In this document: one piece after another, positions 33,401 through 50,735 of the stretch
Position numbering within the stretch: the first letter of the stretch is position 1
How the letters are laid out: each line of letters starts with the position of its first letter
NCBI RefSeq assembly: GCF_009914755.1
Contig: NC_060933.1
From: the human T2T-CHM13v2.0 reference genome, Homo sapiens
Strand: one strand, 5' to 3'
DNA: 64,000 bases
Position numbers and translations under genes: made by a program
Notes under the pieces: generated by a model
The model's input: only the letters and a program-made list of their open reading frames with translations
What the model was told of the DNA's origin: nothing
Databases searched by the model: none

Positions 33401-33550
33401 TTGGGAGGCTGAGGCAGGAGAATCGCTTGAACTCGAGAGGCAGGGGAGGTTTCAGTGAGCCGAGATTGTGCCATTGTACTCCAGCCTGGGCAACAAGAGT
33501 GAAACTCTGCCTCAAAACAAACAAACAAACAACAACAACAACAACAAAAA
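33401..33550 (+). mobile_element. 5'-truncated Alu (Sq/Sp-type right arm) with (CAA)n tail
   Basis: caacaagagtgaaactc. Confidence 0.9.
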
Positions 33551-33699
33551 TATTGTCTAGGTAATATCTTTCCATTTATTTAGATCTTTAATTTCTTTTA
33601 AAACTGGTTTGTAGTTTTTAGTATACAAATCTTGCAATTCTTTTGTTAAATTATACCTTAGTATTTTATTCTTTTTGATGTCATTTCAAATGGAATTGT

Positions 33700-33965
33700 G
33701 TATATATATATATATTTTACTTCAGTAGCTTTAGGGGTAGAAGTGGTTTTTGGATACATGGATGAATTGTGTAGTGGTGAAGTCTGAGATTTTAGTACAC
33801 CTGACACCTGAGGAGTGTACATTGTACCCAGTAAGTAGTTTTTTATCCCTTCCCCTTCTGAGTCTCCAATGTTCATCATACCATTCTGTATGCTTTTGCC
33901 TACCCATAGCTTAGCTTATAAGTGAGAACATGTGGTATTTGGTTTTCCATTCCTGAATTACCTCA
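33700..33965 (-). mobile_element. Short 5'-truncated L1PB3-like insertion
   Basis: tacatggatgaattgtgtagtggtgaagtctgagatttt; TSD cat(t/g)tcaaatg(g/a)aattgt. Confidence 0.85.
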
Positions 33966-35139
33966 CATGTCAAATGAAATTGTTTTCTTAATTTCATTCA
34001 CTGAATGTTCATTCTTAACATATAAAAATAAAATTAATTTTTAATATTGATTTTTATCCTTCAATCTTGCTGAACTCATTAGTTCTAATAGTTTTCCGGG
34101 GTGTTCTTTTGAATTATCTGTATACAAAACTTAGGTCATGTATAAGTAGAGATAGTTTTACTTCTTCTTTTTCAATCTGGATATCTTTTGTTATTTTTAT
34201 TTGACTATCTCGGCTGGCCCATCTCTTGGAGGGGATTTTTATTGTAAATTTTTTTATTAGAGAGATGTACTGTATATATTTTCCTACAGTAATTTTGAAC
34301 TAATTATTCTTATAGACATCTGTATATTTTCTACTTATTTTTAGATTTCTTTTTGACTTATGGGTAAATGAAATGCGTGTTTATTAATTTCCATATTTTT
34401 CTAGATATTTTTGATGTTTTTATTTTTCTCCAGATTAATGGCTTCCTTATCAGAAAATATCTGTAGATTTTCCATCATTTGAAATTTGTTGAGATTTTAT
34501 TTATGGTTCAGTGTGTGCTTCTTTTTAAATAAATGTTCTGTATGTGCTTGAAAATGATGTGTATTTTGGCAGCATTTGACTGAGTGACAGTTTTATGAGG
34601 TTCAAATCTTCTAAATCCTCTTAGTTTCTTCTATTAATTAGTGATAAAAATGTGTTAAAAAGAAAAATAATCAGAGTAGAGGATTTTCTTTGTAGTTCTA
34701 GGGATGTTTTTATTTATGAGTGTTGAGGCTAGGTAATTAGATGTATATATATTATAATTATTTTATCTTCCTAATAATAACATGTCTATGTTAGCTTTTA
34801 TGGTTAATATTTTCCTGGTATGACTTTTTACTTTTTAAATCATTAACCTTTCTGTATCCTAATGTTTTATATATGTCTTGTGAAAACAGGAGCAAATTGG
34901 GTTTTGTGTTATAGTCTGTTCATTTTTACTTTAAAATAAATAGTTTAGTCAGTTTATGTTTAAAACAATTACTGATATATATAGGTGTGTATTTTCCATT
35001 ATATCTGTGTTCGTAGTTTATCCATGTTCCATTTTCTTTTATCTTAGGTTGTTTATATTTTCTTATCTAATTTCCCCCCTTGTAATTTAGAAGTTGTATA
35101 CTATTTTTATTTTTATTGTAATAATTATAACATAGATAC

Positions 35140-35510
35140 TATATTAATATCCATATTGTTCAGAAAAACAGAACCAACAGGACACACACACACAGTCTGA
35201 AAGCCAGCAGTCTTGAGACCTAAAAAGAATCCGTTTCTCAGTTCAAGTCTGAAGGCAGTAAAAGATGCATATCCCAGCTCCAACAGTCAGGCATGAAAGA
35301 AAAGGTCAGCTTTCTTGTTCTATTTAGGCCTTCAGCTGATTGAATGAGGCCCATTCTCATTGGGGAGCACAATCTGCCTTACTCAGTCTACTGATTCAAA
35401 TGTTAATTTATCCAGAAATACTCTCACAGACACATCCAGAATAATGTTTGATCAAATGTCTGGGCACCATGTGGCCTAGTAAAGTTGAACACATAAAATT
35501 GAGCACTACA
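35140..35510 (-). mobile_element. MLT2 (ERV-L) solo LTR
   Basis: cagaaaaacagaaccaacagg...caatctgccttactcagtctactgattcaaatgttaat. Confidence 0.85.
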
Positions 35511-35742
35511 GCACTTAATTGATCAGTTTCTCAGTTAATCTGTATCTTGACCTCATACCAAATGATAAAGGAGCATTAGAAGACTCTTTTACTTTATTTT
35601 CCTTCCTCTCTTTTTATTCTGCTGTTAATAAAATTTCATTTTTTATCTTAAACATTCTACAAGGTGATGCCATTATTTTTTTCTATTTTTTATTGTGGTA
35701 AAATATACATAACATACTTTTTATCATTGTAACCATTTGTGA

Positions 35743-36182
<440 letters not shown>

Positions 36183-36912
36183 TAAGTACCCATTTCCCCA
36201 CTCCTTATCCTCTAGTAAGCTTGATTCTACTTTCTGTCTGTAAATTTGCCTACTCTAGGTACCTTATATACATGGCATTGTACGATATTTGTCCTGCTAT
36301 ATCTGCCTTATTAAACAAAGCATAATATTTTCAAGGTTCATTCATGTTGTAGCAAATATAAAAATTTTATTTCTTTTTATAGCTGAATAGTATTCCATCA
36401 CAATGCCACATATTCTTTATCTATCCATCTGTTGATGGACACTTGGATTGCTTCCACCTTTTGGATGTTATGAATAATGCTGATATGAACATTAGTACAC
36501 AAATAACTGCTTTAGTCCTTGCTTTCCATTGTTTTCTATACATACTTAGGAGAGGAATTGCTGAGTCATTTGGTAGTCTTAAGATTAACTATTTGAGAAA
36601 CTGCCAAATTATCTTACAAAGCAGTTGCACCACATTTTACATTTCCACCCTTAATGCACGTTCCAATTTCTCCACATTCTCACCAGTATTTATTATTTTT
36701 CAATTATTATTTTTATTATTATTTGTATAGCCATCTTTGTAGGTGTGACATGGTATCTCGTGGTTTTGATTTGTATTTTTCTATCTACTAATGATGTTGG
36801 ACATCTCTTTATGTATTTATTGGCTATTTGTAGGTCTTCTTTGGAGAAATGTTTATTCTAGTCGTCTGCCCATTTTTAAATGTTTGTTTGTTTGTTTTTT
36901 GTTGTTGAGTAT

Positions 36913-37296
36913 TGCATTAGTCCGTTTTCACACTGCTATAAAGAACTACCTGAAACTGGGTAATTTATGAAGAAAAGAGGTTTAATTCACTCACAGTTTT
37001 GCATGCTTAACAGGAAGCATGACTGAGAGGCCTCAGGAAACTTACAATCACGGCGGAAGATGAAAGGGAACCAAGGACTTTCTTCACATGGTGGTAGGAG
37101 AGAAAGAGAGAGTGAAGGGGGAAGTGCCACACACTTTCAAGCAACCAGATCTTGTGAGAACTCACTCAATAGCATGAGAACAGCAAGAGGGAAGTCCACC
37201 GCCATGATTCAGTCACCTCCCACCAGGTCCCCCCGACATGTGAGGATTACGATTCAACATAAGATTTCGGTGGGGACACAGAGCCAAACCATATCA
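36913..37296 (-). mobile_element. MaLR solo LTR (MSTA/THE1D-type)
   Basis: tgcattagtcc...ccaaaccatatca; perfect 5-bp TSD agtat. Confidence 0.92.
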
Positions 37297-37409
37297 AGTA
37301 TTAAGAGTTCTTCATATAGTCTGGGTATTAATCCTTTATCAGAATGTCTGAGATATTCTGATCTGAGAGTTCTTCATATAGTCTGGATATTAATCCTTTA
37401 TCAGAATAT

Positions 37410-38070
<661 letters not shown>

Positions 38071-38729
38071 TCTCTCTCTTTCTTTATTTGTTATATCTGT
38101 TAAAATTTATATTTGTTAATCACTTTGGTTTCTTCTTTTTAGTCAGTTTAGATAATTTGTGTGTTTTAAGAAATTTATGCATTTATTTTAGGTTATTTGT
38201 TTGGCATACAATTGCTCACAGTACTCTTAATTCTTTATTTCTATAACATCACTAGTATTGTCCCCATTCTCATGTCTAATTTTTGTCATTTGCATGTTTT
38301 CCCTTTTCTTCTTAGTCTTTCTAGGTAAGTTTGTCAATTTTGTTGATCTTTACAAAAAACCAACTTTTGATTTTATTGATTTTTCTCTATTGTTTTTCTA
38401 GTCCCCATTTTGTTTTTCTGTGCTCTAATCTTTATTGTTTATTTCCTTCTAGTTTTGAGTTTAATTTGTTCTTTATATCCTCATTCTTTAAGGTGGAAAG
38501 TTAAGTTACTGATTTGGAATGTCCTTTTCAATATAGTTATTTATAGCTATACATTTCCCTGTGAGCACAGCTTTCAGTGCATCCCACAAGTTTTGGTATG
38601 TTGTGTTTTCATTTTCATTCAACTCTGTTTTCTAATTTCATTTGCAATTTCTTTTTTGATCCATTGCTTGTTTAAGAATGTGTTGTTTAATTTCCACAAA
38701 TGTTTGAATTTTCTAGTTTTCCTTCTTTA

Positions 38730-39705
38730 AAAATATTTTTAATAATATACTCTATTTAGCTTAATATATTCGTAGTATTATCATACCATTCCAATACATC
38801 ATCAATGAAAGAAATTAGTATCGAGATATCTTACATTCTTTCTTTTGTACTAATGATATAGGAGGAGGGCAGGGCAGTGTTGGGTAGAGGAGAAGGTCCC
38901 TGGCTAGGGCTCCACCCTCAGGCCTGTGCCCATGGACCTAGGTGAGGACAGATATTTCTGCTTTCGTTCCCATATGTTGCATTTTCCAAGACCACCCTGG
39001 CCTGCCATGCCCCCATCCTGTGCCTATAAAACCCTGAGACCTTAGCGGGCAGAGACACAGAAGCTGGACATCAAGAGGAACACACACAAGTGGAAGGACA
39101 CTCAAATGGCTGGACATTGAGAGGAACACACAGGCAGAGGAACACTTTGGCAGACACCAGTGGAATGACGAAACGCTGAGGGGAATTCAGTCGGAGAGTC
39201 TGGCTACTGAGCGGCTCCACTCCAGGGGAAAACCACCTTCCCAATCCATCCCCCCTCTGGCTCCCCTCCATCTGCTGAGAGCTACTTCCACTCAATAAAA
39301 CCTTGCACTCATTCTCCAAACCCACGTGTGATCTAATTTTTTTGGTACACCAAGGCAAGAACCCAGGATACAAAAAGCCCTCTGTCCTTGCGATAAGGCA
39401 CAGTGTCTAATTGAGCTAATTAACACAAGCCACCTGCAGACCGCAAAACTGAAAGAGTTAACTGTAATATATGCCCACTGGGGCTTCAGAAGTTGTAAAC
39501 ACTCAACCTTGGAGGCTGCCATGGTGCCAGCGCTTCCCATGCCCTGCCTGTCTGCATGGTTCCCCTAGAGGTATGAGTAGCAGGGCACCAAAGAAGTGAG
39601 CCACACCCCCATCACACGCCCTGCTGGGGGATAAGGAAACTTTTCCAATTACACTAAGTTTTTGAAATGCAGTGTCCATTTCATGTAATAGCAGATCTCC
39701 ATTTC
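38730..39705. mobile_element. MER3-like hAT MITE split by an LTR
   Basis: gagatatcttacattc...tactaa | ctaagtttttgaaatgcagtgt. Confidence 0.65.
38854..39653 (+). mobile_element. ERV1 solo LTR (LTR1/LTR28/MER52 group)
   Basis: TG...CA ends; 4-bp TSD ctaa; TATA cctataaaa at ~39023; aataaa at ~39294. Confidence 0.88.
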
Positions 39706-40349
39706 TTTTTTGTTTGCTTTCTGTTATTGATATCTAACTTCATCCTGTTGTGGTCTGAGAAGATACCATTTGTATGGCAACTATCTTCTAAAATCTATTG
39801 AGATTTAATTTGTGGCCTAACATATGGTCTGTCTTGGAGAAATGTCTCATGTGCCTTTAAGAATTTGTTTGCTGTTGTTGTTGGGTAGAGTATTCTGTGT
39901 ATGCCTCTTAGATCCACCTGGTTTATAGTGTTGTTCAAGTCCTCCATTTTCTTACGTATCTTCTGTTTGTTATATATTTCTTATTGAATGTGGGGTGTTG
40001 AAGTCTCCAATTATTATTATTGTAGAATTGCATATTTATCTTTTCAGTTCTGTCAACTTTTCTTTCATCTATTTTGAGGATCTGTTACTAGGTGTGTAAA
40101 ATGCTATTGCTTTTCAACGTTCACTTAGATTAACTCCTATATTTATCAGTCTCAGTGCTTTAATTATTCTTGCATTCTGGAACATCCATCTGTTGTCACT
40201 TCCCTTCTTTTTATAAGAAATTCCTTTAGTGATGTAGAATAATATGATTATGGCAAAATTTTCCTAGTTTTGTTTATCTGAGAGTATATTTGCCATCCTT
40301 TTATTGAATCATTGATATTTTTATCTCTGTGTTTCTTTGTAAGAGTCTT

Positions 40350-40725
40350 TTAAACTTTTACTTGGAAATAATTATAGGTTTGCAGAAAGTTTCACAGATA
40401 ATACAGTTTCCTCATACCCTTCACTCAATTTCCCTAATAGATGTATCTTACATAACTGTAGCACAATGTCAAAGTTTGGATTTTGACAATGGCATAATAT
40501 GGTTTGTATAGTTTTGTCATTTTATCATGTGTAGATTTGTGTAACCACCACAGAAATTAAAATACAGAAATACTCCATCATCACAGAGATCTCCCACACC
40601 ACAGAGATCTCCCTCACCACAGAGATCTCCCTCACCACAGAGATCTCCCTCATGCAACCCCTTACTGTCACCTTCCTACCCCCATGATTCCTATCCCTTG
40701 AAAGCTCAAATTTCTTCTTCATTTG
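40350..40725 (-). mobile_element. L1MC/MD-type 3' UTR
   Basis: ggaaataattataggtttgcagaaag...tgtgtagatttgtgtaaccaccaca. Confidence 0.7.
40579..40652. repeat. 18-bp minisatellite, 4 copies (caccacagagatctccct)
   Basis: Four contiguous units with no spacers. Confidence 0.95.
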
Positions 40726-41096
40726 TATACTTTTTTGGGGTTTTTTTTTTTTAGAATCTTCTAAATTAAACTATTTACATTTAATGTAATTACTGATATT
40801 TTAGAGTTTAAGTCTTCTTTTTTTGTTTTGTGTCTATTCTTTGTTTGTTACATCTATGTTTTTCTTTCTCCTGTTTCACTGTGGGCTACTTCATTTTTTT
40901 TTTTTTAATTCCATTTTTTTGTTATCTCTAGTGTTATTGGGTATATCTCTCTGTATAGCTTTTTGGGAGTCCTTTAGGTATTAAATTATACACACGTAAC
41001 AGCACATTCTGCTGGTATCAATATTTTACCAGTTCAGTTAAAGTATAGAAATTATATCCCCTTTTGTGTCTCTTTCCCTCTCCATTTATAATATAA

Positions 41097-41402
<306 letters not shown>

Positions 41403-42322
41403 ATATAATGGTCTTAAATATTTTTCTACATACATCAAGAATCACATCAGACATTATTATAATTTTTACTTCAATAGTCAAACATAATTTGGAAATTCAA
41501 GAGTAGAAGGAAAACCTGTATTTACCCAAAATTTTGCTCTTTTTATTGTTTCTACTTTCTTCTTGATGTTCCACTTTATTCCTGAAGAATATTTGTGCTG
41601 GATATAGAATTCTAGACTGATAGTTATTTTCTTACAGCACTCCAGAAATGAGATTGACACTTACACTGGCTATGTAGCCATTTTGGGTTTTTAGCTTGTG
41701 GACGAAAATTTCTCTCTTTGAACTTTTCACCTTGGACAGGTCCAGTACTACTACATTTTCCTCGTAATAGCATCCCTAATTTCATAAAATACCTTATTTC
41801 TTAGTTTGTTTTCCATTTTTTGCTTAATAAAAGGAGTACTGAGGGATACAGATTTTTATCTGTGTCAACTTTAGTTGTTTCTCATTTTGTATTATATAGT
41901 GTGGATCAGTCCAAGATGAATTTAAAGAAGGATATGATGATGTATTCTTAATAATTTTTAAAAAGTTAGGTGATATACAAACTTATGCAGAAGAAACTTA
42001 TAGTAAATAATCTTATAAAAGGTATTTTGGAACTACTTTCAAAGCGTATTTTAGTGGACTGATTAGTAGAATGCTCTCTCTTAAGTTTATAAAGCCCTGG
42101 AAATTCTTCTGGTATGAGAAATGAAAACTCAACTAAGTTTTACAGATCTTCATTGATGCTTGACTTCTCTCAAAAAGGAAATGGTATAATAAAATGGAAT
42201 GGGTTTATTTTGTACCAGCCATCATCTTAAAATCAGGAAGTAGTTAATTGTGAAACTGAAATATTGGCGAAACAGAAGAGTTTCCATTTTTGATGATTTG
42301 CTCTATTGGCACATATCATCTA

Positions 42323-43056
<734 letters not shown>

Positions 43057-43942
43057 CCTAAGAAGTATTTTTAAAACATCCTACTTTTCATTTCTGAAAA
43101 AAAATAAATAAAAAGCAGTTGACTTTAAACTCTTTAAAAACAGAAGAATCTGGGTATTTGTTTCTATTATTTGATATAAGGCAGAATCTTTTAGAAGGAT
43201 TTAAACACTTTACTAAAGTCAGGAACGAACATGTAGGGAAAAACACAACAGTATTTTTGGAGGATTAGATTTTATGTCATCCACAGAATGAAGATACTGC
43301 TGTGGAAAACTGGCTGATCAATATGAGCTCCACTGAACTTTTGTTTTTGTTAACAATGTACCTCAGTAAGTATTTAGTTAATATATCCAACACATGCCCT
43401 TGAAGCTATTCATCCAAATGTCCAGTAACAGATAACTCAGAAGACAGTTACATAACACAGAAGAGAATAATCAAATTTAGCTATGATGAGTATATCTGAA
43501 GAATATTAAATTCTATGTTCTAATTTTAAATATTATCAGTGAGAATAGTGTAAATAAACTTTATAGGAAAGTGAATAAATACATGAAAAACATTTGTATC
43601 CTCTATAACAATAAATTGCCATTTACAGCTCCTACAAGTCAGTACTAAAACTACAAATATTCATGTAGAAAAATATTCAAATGATATGAACATGAAAAAA
43701 ATCAGAAAATGTCACTTAAAAATGTTTCTTTTTTATTTTATAAACTTGTTTTTAAGATCTTTCCCCTATTTCTTTTGCATTTTCATCCAGCTTCTTGGGT
43801 TCAATGCTCAGTTTATTTGTTTCTGATTTCTCTAGTTACATAATAAATGCACTTAAGATTATGTTTGAATAATTATCATAACAGAAGTTTGACTAATTAG
43901 CAGCATTTATCTTAATTGCAAAGGTTAGAAGGATCTAAGTGC

Positions 43943-44369
43943 AGGACAGTTCTCTGGGTGGCCTTGGACCAACCCAGTTCTCTCCCCTGTCTCTTGTAGT
44001 TCTCAAGAATAACTGTAGAATGTACTGGGAATGCAACATCCTGAGAGAAGAAAGGAATGGCTAGAACAGCCCAGGCCCTGTTCCAGTTCCTTGGAAACAG
44101 AATGTCTTTCAATGTTTTGTCCAGGGGGTAACTTCACCTTGGAGTATAAAACCCAGGGTGGGCTGCTTTTGCGGGTCCCTAGCTGAGGTACAAGTGTGGC
44201 ATGCACAGACAGGACTACACCTCCCCCGAGCAGTTTTCCCCAGCCTTGGAGGACTAGCTTGCCATGAAGCCCAGGTGCTGCCTATCTGTAAGTAACAAAT
44301 CCACGTACGTGACTTTTGTGTGTTTGTGTTCCATCTCAGCAGACTCAGCCAAGTTGGTAACCAGTGTCA
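43943..44369 (+). mobile_element. Solo LTR (MER54-like)
   Basis: ggacagttctctgggtggccttggacc..tgtagttctcaagaataactgtagaatg; tataaaa at ~44146. Confidence 0.7.
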
Positions 44370-44878
44370 TACTAAGTATGTACTGTATATATAAATGCAC
44401 AGATATTTTGATGTTTAACGTTCCAGGATCTTTCTTTTAAATGAGTTCTTAATTGTGTATCCCAGATCCAAGCTCTTCTCCTGACAAGCCTCTGGCATAG
44501 CAGTGAGGTTTGCTCTGTAAGCTGTGGAAGCCTCAGCTGGACACTGTACCCAAGCTTGCTAGGTATCCACTGTTTCAGCAGTGCTGAGAAAGAAAAGACC
44601 CCAAGCCCTCAAGGAGGTCTTTTCATAACATAGCACAGTCTGCTTTTTGCATAATTAAATCATTTCTTAACTTACCAATTGACAGAAAATCACTACCAAT
44701 ACCATTCTATTCAACTTACATATTCCACCAAACCAGACATGGTTGAACATCAACAGGGAGCCACCCAGAGTGATTTGAGAAAAAAGCCAAAACCAAATCC
44801 AAAAGATCTTTACACTATTTAATTGTAACTGTGCTGAGTTAAATTATTAGAATAAGAAATTTTATAAGTTTATTTTAA

Positions 44879-45183
<305 letters not shown>

Positions 45184-45847
45184 AACAGTTTATTTGAATC
45201 ATGAGAATTTGTATTGGTTTTTATAAACTAGTTTCTTTCATCTCAGATTCCCTGAAGTATAATGGGGTGTATAAATAACAGTAAAAATAATAGTAATAAC
45301 AATTACTTCCCTAGGCTGCCAGCAGAAAACACCTGAAATGTTTTTCTTTTTTACGTATCATTTTTGAAAATGTTACAGGAAGAAAAGTTAAAATGATCCT
45401 ATCACTAAAAAGTAGTTTAATTTTTCTTTGTGAATCTAGTGTGAGGAGAGTCCACTCAGGTATTAAGGTGTTCACATCCTGATTGTCCTTAACCTCCTCT
45501 TCCCTCTCCCCATTCTTAAGTGGGAAAAAGAATTTAAAGAAAAATTCAGGCCACTGAGAAGAAAAAAGCTTGGCACCCCAGAGGGGCCAGTGTAGGTTTC
45601 AGGGTTTCAGGTCTATGTAAATTTCTCCAGATTTCTTCAGATGACAAGGAGAAAGGGCTTTGCAGAGAGAAGTGGCCCCAGGATCTGTGCTCCATGCAGT
45701 TAGACGGGCTTTGCCAGAGGAAGCCCAGAGAGGCTGGACGCTATGCCTGGAACAGAGTGGGAGTGTGTGGTTACTGGGGTGGTTCTGCCCCATCTCCTGG
45801 CAGAGTGCTCAGCTGCCCAGAGTGGAGCGCCCGAGGGAGACCGGTCA

Positions 45848-46400
<553 letters not shown>

Positions 46401-46528
46401 TTATTCTGACTCTTTCCCTACACATTTGTGGTAACACAAGACTTTTAAAACAAAACAACTGACTTAATTCCTCCAACCCTGAATCACGGCAGTTAATTTC
46501 ATTTTTCTACACTTAAGAAATGTTTTCT

Positions 46529-47044
<516 letters not shown>

Positions 47045-48597
47045 CTACTAGAAAGGTGTCTGCAGCCTTGATAAAGCATTGCACCTTGGCACAGATCAGC
47101 GTGAGGACCCAAACAACCTAGCGTTGACAGTTTAAGCCAAAGCAAGCCCCATTCTTTGCTGATAGTTTTTCTAGCAATTGCCTAAGTGGCAGTTGGAAAG
47201 AACTTATTGGGAATGTAGCTACAGACACTCTCCCTTCTGGCCTCCCTTGATCTCCTTTCATCCTTTTATGGTAACGCCTAAGGAAAAAATATAACTTCCA
47301 TCTAATACAAGATGGAAAAAAAAATAGATGTGCATAGATTCCTTCTAACTGAAGGAAATCATTCAGTGAATTATATACATTTCTCTATATATATATATAT
47401 ATTTGTACACACACGTATATATAACCTATTCTCTATCATTTATCTTTCTATCGTTTATCATATATATGCAAATTTCAGTTTAAAAATTGTTCATTAAGTG
47501 ATACAATCAACTATATGCAAGACATATAAAATCTTAAGACTGTATACATAGGTATAGTGTTTATTTCTTACACAACAATTGTTTATTACACTATTTGACC
47601 AATGTGACCATACCTAAAATTCTTGCTTTACAAGAATTAAATCTTTAGTTTAAATTGAGGTAGTAATTTCAAATTTAAGATAACAGTGAGAATGGGGCTG
47701 TAACTTCTCTAATAAAAATATGTAGCAGTACATACGTGACTATTAGTCAAAAGATGGCACAGGCAGGGAAGAGGGCACACTTCACCAGGCAGTGCGGCCT
47801 AAAGGCAGAAATATTTTGCAAATGGAACTGAAGCTGGACAATGTCATATTTGGCCTCTGATTTGTTGGCTGAAGCTTCACAGTATAATAAGCCTCCTTTG
47901 GATGAGAGTGGGCTAAGCCTGGAAGACTCCAATCCTACACATTCTACAAATGTGTGCAGAAAATATCTTCATTTGCTGTCAGCACAGAGCTGGTGCTGTG
48001 AGGGTGGAGGACGTGATGTGGGGAAATGCAAGGAAAGCCCACTCCTTTGTGGTCCTGGTGTGGGGAGGGTGGCCCTCGCCCCATTCATGTTTCAGGTTCC
48101 GGGAAAGACTGGCCTCCTGAAGCAGCCCCCACGCCAACTCAGGCTCAGCCAAGGCCCTTAGGTGGTATAGCACAGCCAACAAGTGAGAGGCCCTGAGGTG
48201 CGGGGCCCGAGCTTCTCTTGGCTCCTGGACGTATATGGGATCAAGAGGGGTAAACCTGGCAGAGACGAAGAGGCTGAAGAGTGGCCCAGCTGGGCCAGAC
48301 CCAAACTGGAGGTGCAGCCAGATATGAGATGTAGGGCCAGGGTGCACCTGGGTAGGGCTGCACCAGCCAGGAAGGCTGCTGAGTTTTTGGGCCAGAGTGA
48401 AATAAATCAGGAGCAACACCCAGCCTTGACCTAGCTGAGAACGTCAGCAAGGCAAGAAGAAATGACATGGGGAGGTCCTTTGTCCCGGACGTGGCAACCC
48501 AGGATCCTGACTCTCTCCCTTGGCTTGAAGGTCCCATGAGCCCCACTGCTTTTCATGAAGATTGTATGTGAAACACCCAGGGTGGGGGTGCCCTCAC

Positions 48598-48928
48598 ACC
48601 TCAGGGCCTTTGCACCTATTATGTCTTCTGCCCTGTAGGAATGTGTTCCCCACATAGCCCAGATGGCCAGCTTACTGCATTCACATCTCTGCTCCCAGTC
48701 ACCACCACATCAGTGTGGCTTCCCCGACCACCTCTTCTAGAATGATTCTCCCTGCACTACTTTCACTATAGCCCCTGGTCCCATGTTTCTTTTTAACACC
48801 TATCACCATATGACACATGTATTTGTTTATTTTCTTTCTTCAACTCCCTACTAAAATATGAGCTGTGTAAAGACAAAGAGTTTGACATTTTGTTCCTAAT
48901 AGTGTCCCCAGTGCCTAAGAACAGAGTG
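48598..48928 (+). mobile_element. L2a 3' fragment
   Basis: cctcagggcctttgcacct...gtccccagtgcctaagaacag. Confidence 0.8.
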
Positions 48929-48960
48929 CACACACACACACACACATACACACACACACA
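48929..48960. repeat. (CA)n microsatellite
   Basis: Directly visible. Confidence 0.95.
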
Positions 48961-50696
48961 TTTGCTATTGGTGAGCTATGATGCCTTTCTGATGCCATCT
49001 TGACTAGTCACAGCGAGGCTGGGTAACCTAGAACATTGGCAGACTGGCCTTTTTCCTACAGGATACTGAGCGTTAACTGAGAAACCAGTGTAAATTATGA
49101 GTTTAATGTTTTCAATCTTAATAGATAATTTTCCCTTATAATCAGCAGGGGCAGCTCTGAAAAAATTAAAAATAAATAAAAATAAAAAAATCAGTGTAGT
49201 TAATAAAGAGTTGCGCCATGTTCTCTTTGCATACAAGAGCTGCTGTGTGAAAGATCCTGCCTCAGGTGACCACTGAGTTCCTTCTCCTTTTGAGAGACCC
49301 TCCCGGCACGCAGTAAGTGCCAGCATATTCTCACGTCTTTGAATTTCATGATTTGGGCTGGGACTCGCTGGCCACATCATTGGTCTAAAGTTCTCCAAGA
49401 ACCCAGGGTGAGCATGCCACAGGGAGAAAACATTCTTGTCACTTTAAATACAAAGAACATATTTAAAGTAATTGCTAATGATTCAATATTTGCAATACAT
49501 GTGTGGGCAGTTATGAAACTGTCTTTAACGCCTAGGCAGATCTAAATGCCTTATCAATTTGGAGGCGCTGTTTCCTTCGTGGTTAACAATTTAAGGTGTT
49601 TCGCTGTGATTTCTGACTTGAATGTTCCTTTATTAGAGGACATTGTCCCACTAACGTACATCTCCTCTGGAGGCTGGGCTAATCAGTCTTCAGTCTAAGA
49701 GCTTTCCTTCACTACTGCTAATTAAGGATTTTTCTATGATGAATACATAATTCTAAAAAAATATGATTTCCTGATACAAACTACATATGCTTGAAATAAA
49801 ACTCCGAAGTCAAGTTGCACAGGCTTATCAAACAACTCTCTGAGCACAGAAATACAGAGTAAAAGTTAAAACACGTCTCTACAAAATTATAAACACTGAA
49901 TATCAACAAATCAAATGACTTATTGAACTTACTTTGCAAAAATTCAGATAAAAATGCATTTATACTAATCAAATTCCAATTTCTGCACTATGTAGGCTAC
50001 CTTTGTAATAATTACATAAGAACCCTTATAATATAGATCTTTTTTCTTCAATAAAAAATCAACTTTGGGATTATTCTGTAAAAGCAGAAGGAGAATTTGG
50101 AAAAATTAAGCCTTCTAAGACCTCCCAGATGAACTCTAGCCAGAGCCCCAGGAGGACTTAGTGATGCCCTCTCACGTTTGGAGGCTGGAGGGAGGGCGGG
50201 AGTCAGTTCCCCTTGAGTTCCTATGGAATCTTCAGTCTGTTCTGCTAGACTGATAGACCAAGCTTCTCAGACACCCAGACTGAAGGGGATAATGATCTAG
50301 CACCTCGGAGTGTAGACACACAGCCCTTCTCTCCAGGTTTACTGACAGCAGCTCCAGGGCCTCAAGTTCAGGCTCTCCTGCTTTTCTGCCCCTAAATATG
50401 AACTCAAAGAGACTGAAAAAGCAGAAGACCACGGGAAATCCTGCAAGGTTTCTGGCACCTTAGCGACTCACGGATGAAGCCATTGGGCCTTTCCAAAACT
50501 GTCATTTTTTGAGAAGACAAGCATGAGACATCCTCTGCCAAGGGGAGGAAAGGGACAGGGACAGATATGGATAATTGGGAAAGTTTGATAAATCTGTAAT
50601 TTTCTGCCTCATAGGCATAAGATTCTTTTGGGGGTTTACTCACTACATGATACCTGTCACTAGGAAGTTTGTAGATTGCATCTCTGTTGAAAATCC

Positions 50697-50698
<2 letters not shown>

Positions 50699-50735
<37 letters not shown>
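50699..50735. repeat. (TG)15(CG)3 alternating purine-pyrimidine tract
   Basis: Directly visible. Confidence 0.95.

Larger units (their letters stand above)
31515..34200 (-). mobile_element. L1MB-type 3' part
   Basis: cagttttattgagatataatt 3' UTR; ORF2 peptide LIYRFNTISIKI. Confidence 0.85.
38090..40100 (-). mobile_element. Old L1M ORF2 fragment, interrupted by MER3 and an LTR
   Basis: tttgtcaattttgttgatcttt..aaccaactttt; ggggtgttgaagtctccaa. Confidence 0.8.

Noticed and set aside
40579-40652. Direct repeats considered as a CRISPR-like array
   Set aside because: No spacers, and the DNA is eukaryotic; this is a simple minisatellite.
41668-42010. Alternative reading of the relic as a TM plus PXA sorting-nexin fragment
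   Set aside because: Needs several frame changes and rests on generic hydrophobic patterns; weaker than the single-frame reading.
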